This document shows, one piece after another, positions 48,501 through 61,629 of a stretch of 64,000 bases of DNA. Source of the stretch: Macrostomum hystrix (Eukaryota > Animalia > Platyhelminthes); NCBI GenBank assembly GCA_950097015.1, contig CATNEN010000039.1:4774001-4838000 (forward strand), given 5' to 3'. Under the pieces are notes generated by a model. The model had not been told where the DNA came from and searched no databases. It saw only the letters and a program-made list of their open reading frames with translations. The position numbers were made by a program, and so were the translations under genes. Every line of letters begins with the position of its first letter. Positions within the stretch are counted from its first letter, which is position 1.

Positions 48501-51500
48501 TCCTAAAGAATCTTCCAAAGAATCATCCTAAAGAATCGTCCTAAAGAATCTGCCAAAGAATCGTCCTAAAGAATCATCCTAAAGAATCATCCTAAAGAAT
48601 CGTCCTAAAGAATCTTCCAAAGAATCATCCTAAAGAATCGTCCTAAAGAATCTTCCAAAGAATCATCCTAAAGAATCGTCCTAAAGAATCGTCCTAAAGA
48701 ACCGCCCTAAAGAATCGTCCTAAAGAATCTTCCAAAGAATCGTCCTAAAGAATCATCCTAAAGAATCATCCTAAAGAATCGTCCTAAAGAATCGTCCTAA
48801 AGAATCTTCCAAAGAATCATCCTAAAGAATCATCCTAAAGAATCGTCCTAAAGAATCGTCCTAAAGAATCTTCCAAAGAATCATCCTAAAGAATCGTCCT
48901 AAAGAATCGTCCTAAAGAACCGCCCTAAAGAATCGTCCTAAAGAATCTTCCAAAGAATCGTCCTAAAGAATCGTCCTAAAGAATCGTCCTAAAGAATCTT
49001 CCAAAGAATCATCCTAAAGAATCATCCTAAAGAATCGTCCTAAAGAATCGTCCTAAAGAATCTTCCAAAGAATCATCCTAAAGAATCGTCCTAAAGAATC
49101 GTCCTAAAGAACCGCCCTAAAGAATCGTCCTAAAGAATCTTCCAAAGAATCATCCTAAAGAATCGTCCTAAAGAATCTTCCAAAGAATCATCCTAAAGAA
49201 TCGTCCTAAAGAATCGTCCTAAAGAACCGCCCTAAAGAATCATCCTAAAGAATCTTCCAAAGAATCGTCCTAAAGAATCATCCTAAAGAATCATCCTAAA
49301 GAATCGTCCTAAAGAATCGTCCTAAAGAATCTTCCAAAGAATCGTCCTAAAGAATCGTCCTAAAGAATCTTCCAAAGAATCATCCTAAAGAACCGTCCTA
49401 AAAAATCGTCCTAAAGAATCGTCCTAAAGAACCGCCCTAAAGAATCGTCCTAAAGAATCGTCCTAAAGAATCGTCCTAAAGAATCGTCCTAAAGAATCGT
49501 CCTAAAGAATCGCCCTAAAGAATCGTCCTAAAGAATCGTCCTAAAGAACCACCCTAAAGAATCGTCCTAAAGAATCTTCCAAAGAATCATCCTTCCAAAG
49601 AATCGTCCTAAAGAATCATCCTAAAGAATCGTCCTAAAGAATCTTCCAAAGAATCGTCCTAAAGAATCATCCTAAAGAATCATCCTAAAGAATCGTCCTA
49701 AAGAATCGTCCTAAAGAATCATCCTAAAGAATCATCCTAAAGAATCGTCCTAAAGAATCTTCCAAAGAATCATCCTAAAGAATCGTCCTAAAGAATCGTC
49801 CTAAAGAACCGCCCTAAAGAATCGTCCTAAAGAATCTTCCAAAGAATCATCCTTCCAAAGAATCGTCCTAAAGAACCGCCCTAAAGAACCGTCCTAAAGA
49901 ATCGTCCTAAAGAATCGTCCTAAAGAACCACCCTAAAGAATCGTCCTAAAGAATCTTCCAAAGAATCATCCTTCCAAAGAATCGTCCTAAAGAATCATCC
50001 TAAAGAATCGTCCTAAAGAATCTTCCAAAGAATCGTCCTAAAGAATCATCCTAAAGAATCATCCTAAAGAATCGTCCTAAAGAATCGTCCTAAAGAATCA
50101 TCCTAAAGAATCATCCTAAAGAATCGTCCTAAAGAATCTTCCAAAGAATCATCCTAAAGAATCGTCCTAAAGAATCGTCCTAAAGAACCGCCCTAAAGAA
50201 TCGTCCTAAAGAATCTTCCAAAGAATCATCCTTCCAAAGAATCGTCCTAAAGAACCGCCCTAAAGAACCGTCCTAAAGAATCGTCCTAAAGAATCGTCCT
50301 AAAGAACCGCCCTAAAGAATCGTCCTAAAGAATCGTCCTAAAGAATCGTCCTAAAGAATCGTCCTAAAGAATCGTCCTAAAGAATCGCCCTAAAGAATCG
50401 TCCTAAAGAATCGTCCTAAAGAACCACCCTAAAGAATCGTCCTAAAGAATCTTCCAAAGAATCATCCTTCCAAAGAATCGTCCTAAAGAATCATCCTAAA
50501 GAATCATCCTAAAGAATCTTCCAAAGAATCGTCCTAAAGAATCATCCTAAAGAATCGTCCTAAAGAATCTTCCAAAGAATCATCCTAAAGAATCGTCCTA
50601 AAGAATCTTCCAAAGAATCATCCTAAAGAATCGTCCTAAAGAATCGTCCTAAAGAACCGCCCTAAAGAATCGTCCTAAAGAATCTTCCAAAGAATCATCC
50701 TTCCAAAGAATCGTCCTAAAGAACCGCCCTAAAGAACCGTCCTAAAGAATCGTCCTAAAGAATCGTCCTAAAGAACCGCCCTAAAGAATCGTCCTAAAGA
50801 ATCGTCCTAAAGAATCGTCCTAAAGAATCGTCCTAAAGAATCGTCCTAAAGAATCGCCCTAAAGAATCGTCCTAAAGAATCGTCCTAAAGAACCACCCTA
50901 AAGAATCGTCCTAAAGAATCTTCCAAAGAATCATCCTTCCAAAGAATCGTCCTAAAGAACCACCCTAAAGAACCGTCCTAAAGAATCGTCCTAAAGAATC
51001 ATCCTAAGGAATCGTCCTAAAGAATCGTCCGAAAGAATCGTCCTAAAGAATCGTCCTAAAGAACCGTCCTAAAGAATCGTCCTAAAGAATCATCCTAAGG
51101 AATCGTCCTAAAGAATCGTCCTAAAGAATCGTCCTAAAGAATCGTCCTAAAGAATCGTCCTAAAGAATCGTCCTAAAGAATCGTCCTAAAGAATCGTCCT
51201 AAAGAATCGTCCTAAAGAATCGTCCTAAAGAATCGTCCTAAGGAATCGTCCTAAGGAATTGTCCTAAGGAATCTTCCAAAGAATCGCCATTAAGAATCGC
51301 CCTAAAGAATCGCCCTAAAGAATCATCCGAAAGAATCTTCTAAAGAATCGTCCTAAAGAACAGCCCTAAAGAATCGTCCTAAAGAATTGTCCTAAAGAAT
51401 CGTTCTAAAGAATCTTCCAAAGAATCGCCCTAAAGAATCGCCCTAAAGAATCATCCGAAAGAATCGTCCTAAAGAATCATCCTACAGAATCGTCCTAAGG

Positions 51501-51712
51501 AATCGTCCTAAGGAATTGTCCTAAGGAATCTTCCAAAGAATCGCCATTAAGAATCGCCCTAAAGAATCTTCCAAAGAATCGCCCTAAAGAAACATCCTAA
51601 AGAATCTTCCAAAGAATCGCCATTAAGAATCGCCCTAAAGAATCTTCCAAAGAATCGCCCTAAAGAAACATCCTAAAGAATCTTCCAAAGAATCGCCCTA
51701 AAGAATCGTCCT
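45573..51712. repeat. 6.1-kb satellite of 13-bp units (aaagaatcgtcct) with 12-bp variants
   Basis: Continuous array; variants gtcct/atcct/ttcc/tgcc/ccgccct. Confidence 0.98.
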
Positions 51713-52429
51713 GCAAGTTGGTAAAATCACAATTTTGAGAATGTTTTTTTCTGTTGTTGATGATGCGTTCTTACTGTACTATAAGTAGGGTGTTAAGCAA
51801 ACTTTTCAGATAAAATTGTAAAAACAGGTCTTTTACATGCTAGTAATGGTAGTAATAAAGCGTTCAACTGTTGAAATTTAGTTTGAGCAGTTCAGCAATA
51901 TAATGTGTGCAGAATGGTAGGTATGTATGTGAGCAGTTTGAGCAGTTCGATCAGTTCGGTCAGTACAAACTGAGCTGCCAAACTCTACAGAGAAACTTCT
52001 CCATCAGCTGCTAGCGGTGTGTGAGTTGAACTCTAATATGTTTGCTGATAAGTAGTAAGGAAACGCGAATGATTCATTTCCCATTAGACCCTGCCAACCG
52101 AGCTTCCGATAAAGAATGGCTCGGTAACAGATGAACGACTGCTCAGCATCTTCAGTTGCTGTCATCAGCTGCTAGTGCGGGCACCCATCTGGCTGTGAGT
52201 TCTGATGGAGCTTGGCCTCCTGAGTCCGCTATTAATTATCAAAGCACTGTGGCAATGCCTCCAGTTATTTATGCCCGCTGTTCTTCTTATTTCGCGACGA
52301 GCAGCCAAGTGCGTTAATGAATCCGAGCCAGCCGCCTATTGCACTGGTTGCATAATGCACGACTGGACTGGACTGTTATTGAATTCTGGCTTCTTGGAAC
52401 TGCCGACTGACAGCTTCTGCGTTGCAATG

Positions 52430-53015
52430 GAGTAGGGAGCGGATTGAGTAGGGAGCGGATTGAGTAGGGAGCGGATTGAGTAGGGAGCGGATTGAGTAGG
52501 GAGCGGATTGAGTAGGGAGCGGATTGAGTAGGGAGCGGATTGAGTAGGGAGCGGATTGAGTAGGGAGCGGATTGAGTAGGGAGTGGATTGAGTAGGGAGC
52601 GGATTGAGTAGGGAGCGGATTGAGTAGGGAGCGGATTGAGTAAGGAGCGGATTGAGTAGGGAGCGGATTGAGTAGGGAGCGGATTGAGTAGGGAGTGGAT
52701 TGAGTAGGGAGCGGATTGAGTAGGGAGCGGATTGAGTAGGGAGCGGATTGAGTAGGGAGCGGATTGAGTAGGGAGCGGATTGAGTAGGGAGTGGATTGAG
52801 TAGGGAGAGGATTGAGTAGGGAGTGGATTGAGTAGGGAGAGGATTGAGTAGGGAGTGGATTGAGTAGGGAGAGGATTGAGTAGGGAGTGGATTGAGTAGG
52901 GAGAGGATTGAGCGGGGAGCTGAGTAGGGAGTGGATTGAGTAGGAAGCGGATTGAGTAGGGAGTGGATTGAGCAGAGAGCGGTAGGGAGCGGATTGAGTG
53001 GGGAGTGAATTGAGG
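52430..53015. repeat. 16-bp minisatellite (ggattgagtagggagc) just upstream of the GPCR
   Basis: Tandem array. Confidence 0.96.
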
Positions 53016-53263
53016 GTAGTGAGTTGTCAAACAAATCAATCAGTTTATGCCTGAAAGCATCCACAAATTTTTAATTCTTTCTATTTTTTGCGGTTGGCAC
53101 GAGCAACCGACAAGCAGTGGTTCCAGCCGCAGCGGCCAATCAGAGTGGTACACAAATCTCGGAGTTATAAAAACGGAGTCCGTGAGTTAGTCGAGGAAAA
53201 GAGCAAATATTACGCCCAGATTTCGCGAAGAAAGATAACCAGCTTAGACAAGGAAACAGTGCC

Positions 53264-56200
53264 ATGCAGAACGGAGGCTGCAACGGCAGCAGCAGCGGCG
53301 TTGAAGTCGGCGGCGGCGGCGGCAGCTGCTCAAGCGACAGCGAGCTTCACGGAGCCAAGCTGTTCGTGTCGCTGCTGTACTTCTTCATAGTCGCAGCCGG
53401 CCTATTCGGCAACCTGCTGGTCATCGTCACTGTGCTCATCGACCGCCGCATGCGCTCCTCGGTCACCAATATGTACATCCTGAACTTGGCACTGGCTGAC
53501 CTGCTGTCACTGCTGTTAGCACTGAGCCAGATCCTGCTGCACCTGATGTCCGAGGACTGGCTGCTGGGACTGGCCATGTGCAAGGCTCTGCGCTACCTCA
53601 TGACTTCCGCGCTGTACACCTCGGTCATCACCCTGACTGCCGTCTGCGTTGAGCGGTGAGCGGACGCTAGGTGGAAATGCCTAGACTAAGATATGGGCGG
53701 AAATTCCTTAGATGGGGGCGGATAAGAAGAGTGGGGACTGGGATGGGGCGGATTAGTAGACAAGGGACTGGGATGGGGCGGATTAGGAGAGGGGGGACTG
53801 GGATGGGGGGCGGATTAGGAGAGGGGGACTGGGATGGGGGGCGGATTAGGAGAGGGGGGACTGAGATGGGGAAGGAAAGATACCAGAAGGTGACGGACCC
53901 GAAAGCGGATGAATTTCTTGTTGAAATTGTACTTCAAATAAGAAAAATCGCGACATTCGCTGTCTGACATCACGCACTGGCGGGTTGGGCCTCTTTATAT
54001 TCTTCCCGTCTTCCACCGCCTCAGAGAAGTAATAAATTTCATAATTAAAAGGAAAGCCTGGAGGTGCGCCTCGCCCCCTTGCATTGGGTTCTAGGCTGTG
54101 TTCCCGGAAGCTGCCTGTCCTCCTCCGCGCCTACGATGGACTCCGAAATCAGCTACGGAAATAGCTTCAGTTTCCGACGAAAGCGAATCTCCGGGACGAT
54201 TTGCCACAGCCCAGCCCGAGGGCGATTGCTAATTAAACACCTCTGAAATAATTGCATTGCAGCTTTGATTCACTGCAACGTTGAAGGCATGTTAAAATAG
54301 TTCTCTTCCAATGCAAAGGCAGTTTAAAAAGTCCAAAGATTTGCCTAGCCGCTTGTGAAACTCTTAAACACTTCTACTGGCCTCTGGTGACAGGGCGACA
54401 TCTGGCACCCACCTCCTCCATCCTGATGCTTCAGGGTGACAGCCGGCACCCACCTCCTCCATCCTGATGCTTCAGGGTGACAGCCGGCACCCACCTCCTC
54501 CATCCTGATGCTTCAGGGTGACAGTGAGCACCCACTCCCTCCATGCTGATGCTTCAGGGTGACAGCCGACACCCACCTCCTCCACCCTGATGATTCAGGG
54601 TGACAGCTGGCACCCACCTCCTCCATCCTGATGCTTCAGGGTGACATCCTGCACCCACCTCCTCCATCCTGATGCTTCAGGGTGACAGTGAGCACCCACT
54701 CCCTCCATGCTGATGCTTCAGGGTGACAGCCGGCACCCACCCCCTCCATGCTGATGCTTCAGGGTGACAGTGAGCACCCACTCCCTCCATGCTGATGCTT
54801 CAGGGTGACAGCCGACACCCACCTCCTCCATCCTGATGCTTCAGGGTGACAGCTGGCACCCACCTCCTCCATGCTGATGCTTCAGGGTGACATCCTGCAC
54901 CCACCTCCTCCATCCTGATGCTTCAGCGTGACATCCTGCACCCACCTCCTCCATGCTGATGCTTCAGGGTGACATCCTGCACCCACCTCCTCCATCCTGA
55001 TGCTTCAGCGTGACATCCTGCACCCACCTCCTCCATCCTGATGCTTCAGGGTGACATCCTGCACCCACCTCCTCCATCCTGATGCTTCAGTGTGATAGCC
55101 GGCACACTGAGTGTACACCCTTGGCAAGCGATCAGTGTGTATTTTGTGAAGTAATTCAGAGTGTCAGTCAGAAAAGTCAATCGAACTCTTCACTTTAGCG
55201 AAAATTTCAATTTCTGCTGTCTTTTCTATCGCGTCACTGAGATCAGCCACCAACTTTGAGCTGAGGAGGTAATGAATAATTCTTCTCAAATTCACTTGAC
55301 TACTTTAGAATTTGTCTGTCTTTGTCTTTTGAGTCTACTTTGGTGACGCAAAAGACGAAGCAAACCGATCGCCTGCTGTGCGAGGAGCAACATCTGAATG
55401 TACTTTTAGTTTAGAAACTTTAAAGCCAAGCCTTTACAGCCTGGCAGTGTATTCAGCGTGTGCCTTGGATTCGAACTCGGGACAGCAGGTTGAGCAGAGA
55501 ATTGAGTCAGTAGAAAAAATCTAATATTAACGACTATGAAAAATTAAAAGTATTTTCATCCTCATCGGACTCATGCATGACGACCTACAGACATTGGGCC
55601 ACTTCACATTACCAAGTAGTCTGCAATTTAAAAGCTGGATCAAGTGCTTAAATCACTTCCCTGTTCCAAGTGGACTTCCTAGAGAAAAATCTCTAGTGGG
55701 ATTCGAATTGGCCCTTTCATCCCGAAGCATCCTCTGCCCCAAAATCCCAGGGTACAAAGCAATCTTTCTGAATGGTGAGCTTTATGCATCTCTTCTGAGT
55801 GACAGAGGATGAGAGTGACAGAGGATGAGAGTGACAGAGGATGAGAGTGACAGAGGATGAGAGTGACAGAGGATGAGAGTGACAGAGGATGAGAGTGACA
55901 GAGGATGAGAGTGACAGAGGATGAGAGTGACAGAGGATGAGAGTGACAGAGGATGAGAGTGACAGAGGATGAGAGTGACAGAGGATGAGAGTGACAGAGG
56001 ATGAGAGTGACAAACGATGAGAGTGACAGAGGATGAGAGTGTCACTCTCATCCACCACAATCATCCACAAGCATGAGAGTGACAGATACATGGAGTGACA
56101 GATACATGAAGTGACAGATACATGGAGTGACAGATACATGGAGTGACAGATACATGGAGTGACAGATACATGGAGTGACAGATACATGGAGTGACAGATG

Positions 56201-57413
56201 CATGGAGTGACAGATACATGGAGTGACAGATGCATGGAGTGACAGATACATGGAGTGACAGATGCATGGAGTGGGAGATACATGGAGTGACACAAATCCG
56301 GTCTCATACACCAGATACGTGGCCATTGTGCACCCGATGCACGCCCACCTTTGGTTCTGTCGCCGTCGCGCCATCGCCAGCATCGCCGCCTGCTGGCTGC
56401 TTGGCGGCCTTCTAGCCGGCCAGTCGCTGGCATTCCTGACTGTCCGCCGGACGCCGCCTCATTGGCACCTGCGCTGCCACGTTCGCTACGCTAACGACCC
56501 GGCTGGCCAGGCTCGAGCGGGGATTCTGTTTTCCGGCCTGGAGATCTGCCTGTTCTATTTCGGCCCGCTGGCCCTGCAGGTGACACTTTACAGTCGGATG
56601 AGCAGAGTTCTGTTCGGCGGCAGCGGCGGCGGTGGCTCCGGTGCTGGCGGTCCGGGCAGCGGCGCCGTGATGCTTCGCCGGAACACGGCCGCCTCGGTGC
56701 GGCAGTCATCTTCGTCCAGTAGGAGACGTCGCAAAGCTGGAGAAGGCGGCAGCGGCGGTTGCGCGGCCGGTCGAAAACAGGTTGGGCCCCTGAAATAAAA
56801 TAATCTCACTGTTTCACTGAATCTCACTGAATCTCACTGAATCTCACTGAATCTCACTGAATCTCACTGAATCTCACTGAATCTCACTGAATCTCACTGA
56901 ATCTCACTGAATCTCACTGAATCTCACTGAATCTCACTGAATCTCACTGAATCTCACTGAATCTCACTGAATCTCACTGAATCTCCATTCTGCTAGGTGG
57001 TGAAGATGCTGATAGCCTGTGTGGCGGTTTACTTCGTCTGCTACCTGCCCAAACTGCTGGAGGTGGCCTTCCGAGTGGCCCGTTACGAGCCAATCAGCAG
57101 GGACACGGCCGTCGTGATCACCATGGCGATGGTGTACGCCAACTCGGCCGTTAACCCTCTGCTGTACACCGTGTTCAGCAGTAATTTCCGCAGACAATTT
57201 CGTAGAACCTTCCGACACTGCCTGTGCCGGGCTGGTCGCGACAACGGCGTCGACTGCGACATCGACAACGTCAAGTCGGGGCAACTGATGCGCCGGCTGC
57301 AGTCGCAGCGGATTCAGCTGCAGTTGCGCGATGTCGGAGCCACGAGCGGACTTCAGAGGGTACCTGGCTGCAGGCGCACTGATGATAGAGAAGGCTTGGA
57401 AGACTGCGTATGA
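53264..57413 (+). CDS. Class A (rhodopsin-like) neuropeptide-type GPCR, 424 aa; exons 53264-53655, 56315-56780, 56997-57413
   Basis: GN in TM1, TNMYILNLALADLL, W..G..CK, ER|YVAIVHP, RKQ|VVKML...CYLP, YANSAVNPLLY...NFR; splice phases 2 and 0 are consistent. Confidence 0.93.
53712..53872. repeat. G-rich ~30-bp intronic repeat (gggactgggatggggggcggattaggagagg)
   Basis: About 5 imperfect units. Confidence 0.85.
54396..55105. repeat. 41-bp intronic minisatellite
   Basis: ccacctcctccatcctgatgcttcagggtgacagccggcac, ~17 units. Confidence 0.95.
55797..56292. repeat. Two adjacent 16-bp minisatellites (gagtgacagaggatga; gagtgacagatacatg)
   Basis: Arrays at 55797-56041 and 56075-56292 share GAGTGACAGA. 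Confidence 0.95.
56803..56985. repeat. 10-bp repeat (atctcactga) filling GPCR intron 2
   Basis: Tandem array. Confidence 0.96.
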
Positions 57414-57420
57414 GTGAACT

Positions 57421-57545
57421 GGATTGGTTAGAAATATGATTGGCTACAAATCTGATTGGTTAGAAATATGATTGGCTACAAATCTGATTGGTTAGAAATA
57501 TGATTGGCTACAAATCTGATTGGCTAAAAATCTGATTGGTTAGAA
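57421..57545. repeat. 16-bp alternating repeat (tgattggttagaaata / tgattggctacaaatc)
   Basis: Begins right after the GPCR stop codon. Confidence 0.9.
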
Positions 57546-58903
57546 TTTTTGTAATTATAATTAATTCTTTGTTTTCATTGGATGCATAGTGATTTTTTAA
57601 GGTTAGGTAAACAAAATTATATTTAAAAAACATTTTCCTATTTGAGAAATTTGTTTTCCTTAAACCAGGAAAGAAGAATATTTTTTATTCTGGTTAGTAA
57701 ATTGTTTGAAGAGCTAAATATACACAGTTTCGAAATATTTATTCGTTAAGCTTTTATTATCAGCAAAAATATTTCGAAATCATTAACCAGTTTTCTAAAC
57801 TGGTCAATACTAAATTGTATCTCATACGACTAATGATTTGCAATGACCGAGTGTCATTAACGCAGATTCTATATTACACAGGTAATATAGAATCTGTGGT
57901 CATTAATGTCTCACTGAGAATCTCACCCATAGATACTTGAGGCGTGCAACAATTTAGTTTCCTAATGTCTATGGCCAAAATTGATGGGAAGGCTAGGTAG
58001 GCAAGTCGATACAGCCAGACATAGACATTGATCCATGTGTGCATCAGTCGGCCTTTATTAGTACACCACAAAAAATGCCAAATAATTAACCAATAGCTAA
58101 AGCTTCATGCAAAGGCCTAGACACGAACGGTACAATGCTGGGACCACCCTGATCTCAGTTGTTTGAAATCAAAGGGAAATTTTCATGCCCAGAATTACTT
58201 AGCGATGAAAGGGATAATTGATGTCCCAAAGCCGCCTCAGGTCTCCACACACTTTGTAACTTTGCAGACCAAAATATAAAGAATGGCGTTCTAGACCTAA
58301 AGGTAGGACTAAAGAGCAATGAACAGCATCGGAATTTTGGTCATCAATCAAATCGAGAAAATTTGTCCCTAATTCGGCCAAGGAGGGGTTGGCGGCAGTC
58401 TGTCTGGCAGTCCCGAGGATGCCTGCAGATCATTCAATAATTTCTCAAGGGCAGTCGAGTACCGTTCTGTAGGAACCAGTCCTGCCATTGCTAGGCTAAA
58501 ATCGAGAATGAAGAAATCATGCGGAGAGAGACAGATACAACAAGTCCGTGTGGGATTTGCTTAGCCGACTTGTAAGACAAAATGCACGCCCGGGATTTAA
58601 GCCATTCCCAGGAGTCTTAATTCCCCGAATCTCCCTGATTGCTTGAACGGCAGCAGCAGCTAATCACAGGCTCCTCATGTACGCCTGGTTAAGCATTTCC
58701 TGTTCTCCATGTCTATACAATAGACTTATTTAAACCACATTAGAAGCTCCCTCAATGACTTTGATGCACATTGTGTTCTCTATCATTATTCATTTAGCGA
58801 CTGTCGACCTGAAATCAGCGAGGCGGCAATTCTGCCCGATCCGCTGACTCCTGAGCTTTACTGAGTGCACACAGCTGCACACACACACACACACACACAC
58901 ACA

Positions 58904-58940
<37 letters not shown>

Positions 58941-58979
58941 ACCTGCCCCGATTGGGCTAAAGCGCTAAAGCGCTAGGCT

Positions 58980-59026
58980 AGACTCTACTGATGAGCTCCA
59001 ATAAGAGCGAAACGCGTCTGGAGTTT
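58980..59026 (+). ncRNA. Minimal type I hammerhead ribozyme (Penelope-like-element type)
   Basis: Stem I agactcta/tggagttt, CTGATGA, stem II gctc-caataa-gagc, GAAA, palindromic minimal stem III (acgcgt), GUC triplet ending at 59018. Confidence 0.88.
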
Positions 59027-59164
59027 ACTTGGTTCGAATCCGGCTTTCAATATTTTTATACATATCGGAATCGATTCCAACATTAGATTTTTGAAATTCA
59101 ATGGGCAGTGTCCTCTCTCCTCTCTCCCGCTCTCTCTCTCTCTCTCACCTGCCCCGATTGGGCC

Positions 59165-59402
59165 AGATGTGCAGCCGACAGCCCAGAAGTAGCTATTACG
59201 CGGCGCATCTGAAGGCTACTTACGGCTGTTCAGTCCATAGACTGGGGAGACGCTAGACCCACCTTTAATTGCCCCAGCTAATACTGGTACCAATTTAACA
59301 GCTGGGTGAACTGAAGCAATGCAGAGTTAAGTGTCTCGCTGAAGGACCCCGACTTTCAAGTCGAAAGTCCGACGCTGTAACCACTAGGCTACATCGCCTA
59401 CT
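59165..59402 (-). mobile_element. tRNA-derived SINE copy (B box deleted)
   Basis: Minus strand: tagcctagtggttacagcgtcggact...agacacttaactctg...cacccagctgttaaattggtacc...ccccagtctatggactgaacagc; shares blocks with the copies at 33480 and 62312. Confidence 0.72.
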
Positions 59403-60114
59403 GCAGAGGCTATATGGCCAAATGTCTATGGCCAAAGTTATGGTCTGTTTAGCAAGTCAGATATAGCCATAGATATTTAAGATGTGCAACCATCGGCCTT
59501 AATTAGTGGATCCCGAAATAGCCCTCCAACATGATGAAATTTGCTGAATGTCTTATCATTGATTTGATGTAGACCGAATAGCTGCAAGCATCACGGTAAC
59601 GTCACTCCACAATGCTCCCTTCTCTGAACTTGATCAGTTTGCATGCTGTGTCGGGAGCAGAAATAGCAATTCAAATAGGAAAAGAGTCTATTTAAGATTG
59701 CCTTAATTGCTTTAAGATCACTTTCATTTGCCTGGCTTGGCATGTTGCACAATAACAATCTACAGTAAACAAATAAAATTTATTTAAAAAGTTTTGTTTG
59801 AACGAACTGTCTGGGCTGAAAAGTACATGCATTTCAATTGGACAAATAATGACCAACCTAAGTGAAATTTTATTTTCGAGTAGTCAATATTGAAATTTCT
59901 AATTCGACTGTGAGAAAAACAACTAGGATTATATTATATTAACGAACCGGAACTGGTACAACCAGATGCACTTTTAATTGTTTTTTTATTTTGCTCGCAC
60001 ACAGTTGACCAATAAAACAACAATTCTCATATTGAGCTGCTCAGAATAACTTTTGAAAGAATAGCAATGAACTTGGACAACATGCAGCAAAGAGTATCAA
60101 ACACATTTTGCATT

Positions 60115-61145
60115 CAGATATCTAACATCCTTCGCAGATATCTAACATCCTTCGCAGATATTTAACATCCTTCGCAGATATCTATCATCCTTCGCAGATA
60201 TCTAACATCCTTCGCAGATATTTAACATCCTTCGCAGATATCTATCATCCTTCGCAGATATCTAACATCCTTCGCAGATATCTATCATCCTTCGCAGATA
60301 TCTATCATCCTTCGCAGATATCTATCATCCTTCGCAGATATCTATCATCCTTCGCAGATATCTATCATCCTTCGCAGATATCTATCATCCTTCGCAGATA
60401 TCTATCATCCTTCGCAGATATTTATCATCCTTCGCAGATATCTAACATCCTTCGCAGATATCTATCATCCTTCGCAGATATCTATCATCCTTCGCAGATA
60501 TCTATCATCCTTCGCAGATATCTATCATCCTTCGCAGATATCTATCATCCTTCGCAGATATCTATCATCCTTCGCAGATATCTATCATCCTTCGCAGATA
60601 TCTATCATCCTTCGCAGATATCTAACATCCTTCGCAGATATCTAACATCCTTCGCAGATATCTATCATCCTTCGCAGATATCTATCATCCTTCGCAGATA
60701 TCTATCATCCTTCGCAGATATCTAACATCCTTCGCAGATATCTATCATCCTTCGCAGATATCTATCATCCTTCGCAGATATCTAACATCCTTCGCAGATA
60801 TCTATCATCCTTCGCAGATATCTAACATCCTTCGCAGATATCTATCATCCTTCGCAGATATCTAACATCCTTCGCAGATATCTATTATCCTTCGCAGATA
60901 TCTAACATCCTTCGCAGATATCTATTATCCTTCGCAGATATCTATCATCCTTCGCAGATATCTAACATCCTTCGCAGATATCTAACATCCTTCGCAGATA
61001 TCTAACATCCTTCGCAGATATCTAACATCCTTCGCAGATATCTAACATCCTTCGCAGATATCTATCATCCTTCGCAGATATCTATCATCCTTCGCAGATA
61101 TCTAAACATCCTTCGCAGATATCTATCATTCTTCGCAGATATTTA
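60115..61145. repeat. 20-bp minisatellite (gcagatatctatcatccttc), ~51 units
   Basis: Tandem array. Confidence 0.97.
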
Positions 61146-61629
61146 TTTAACACAGCTACAACGCATTTTTCGTAGCACAGTATCTACTAAATGAATTGTT
61201 TTTGTCGTGGAAGGTTTAAAGCCATGTACGTACGCGAATGGAAACTGATTTGCTGTGCTACGGCCGCAAGGGATTTATTGCAACTGGCGGAAGTTACTGT
61301 AAGAGAATGCTGAAATCTTCCTTTTCTATTAATAGTAGTACCATATAGCCAAGCATAATTGAATTGAATCTGAGCAGAGACGGCAGCGAGCGCGACAACT
61401 TTGGCATCCGGACCGCGTCAGGGCTAATGCTGAAGTCACTGTAGCCCACACACTATACGTGTCTGCCTTCCTATTCATTTATGATACGTAATTTGGCGCC
61501 ATTTGCGAACCCAAATTCCTGGGCTCATTAAAGTTACGAGCGTAATGCTCTTCCAAATTAGAGATACAAGCAAGCCAAGACTTCTGAGCACTTTGCTGGC
61601 AGAAAAAAACTTTACACTTTGCAATTAGA

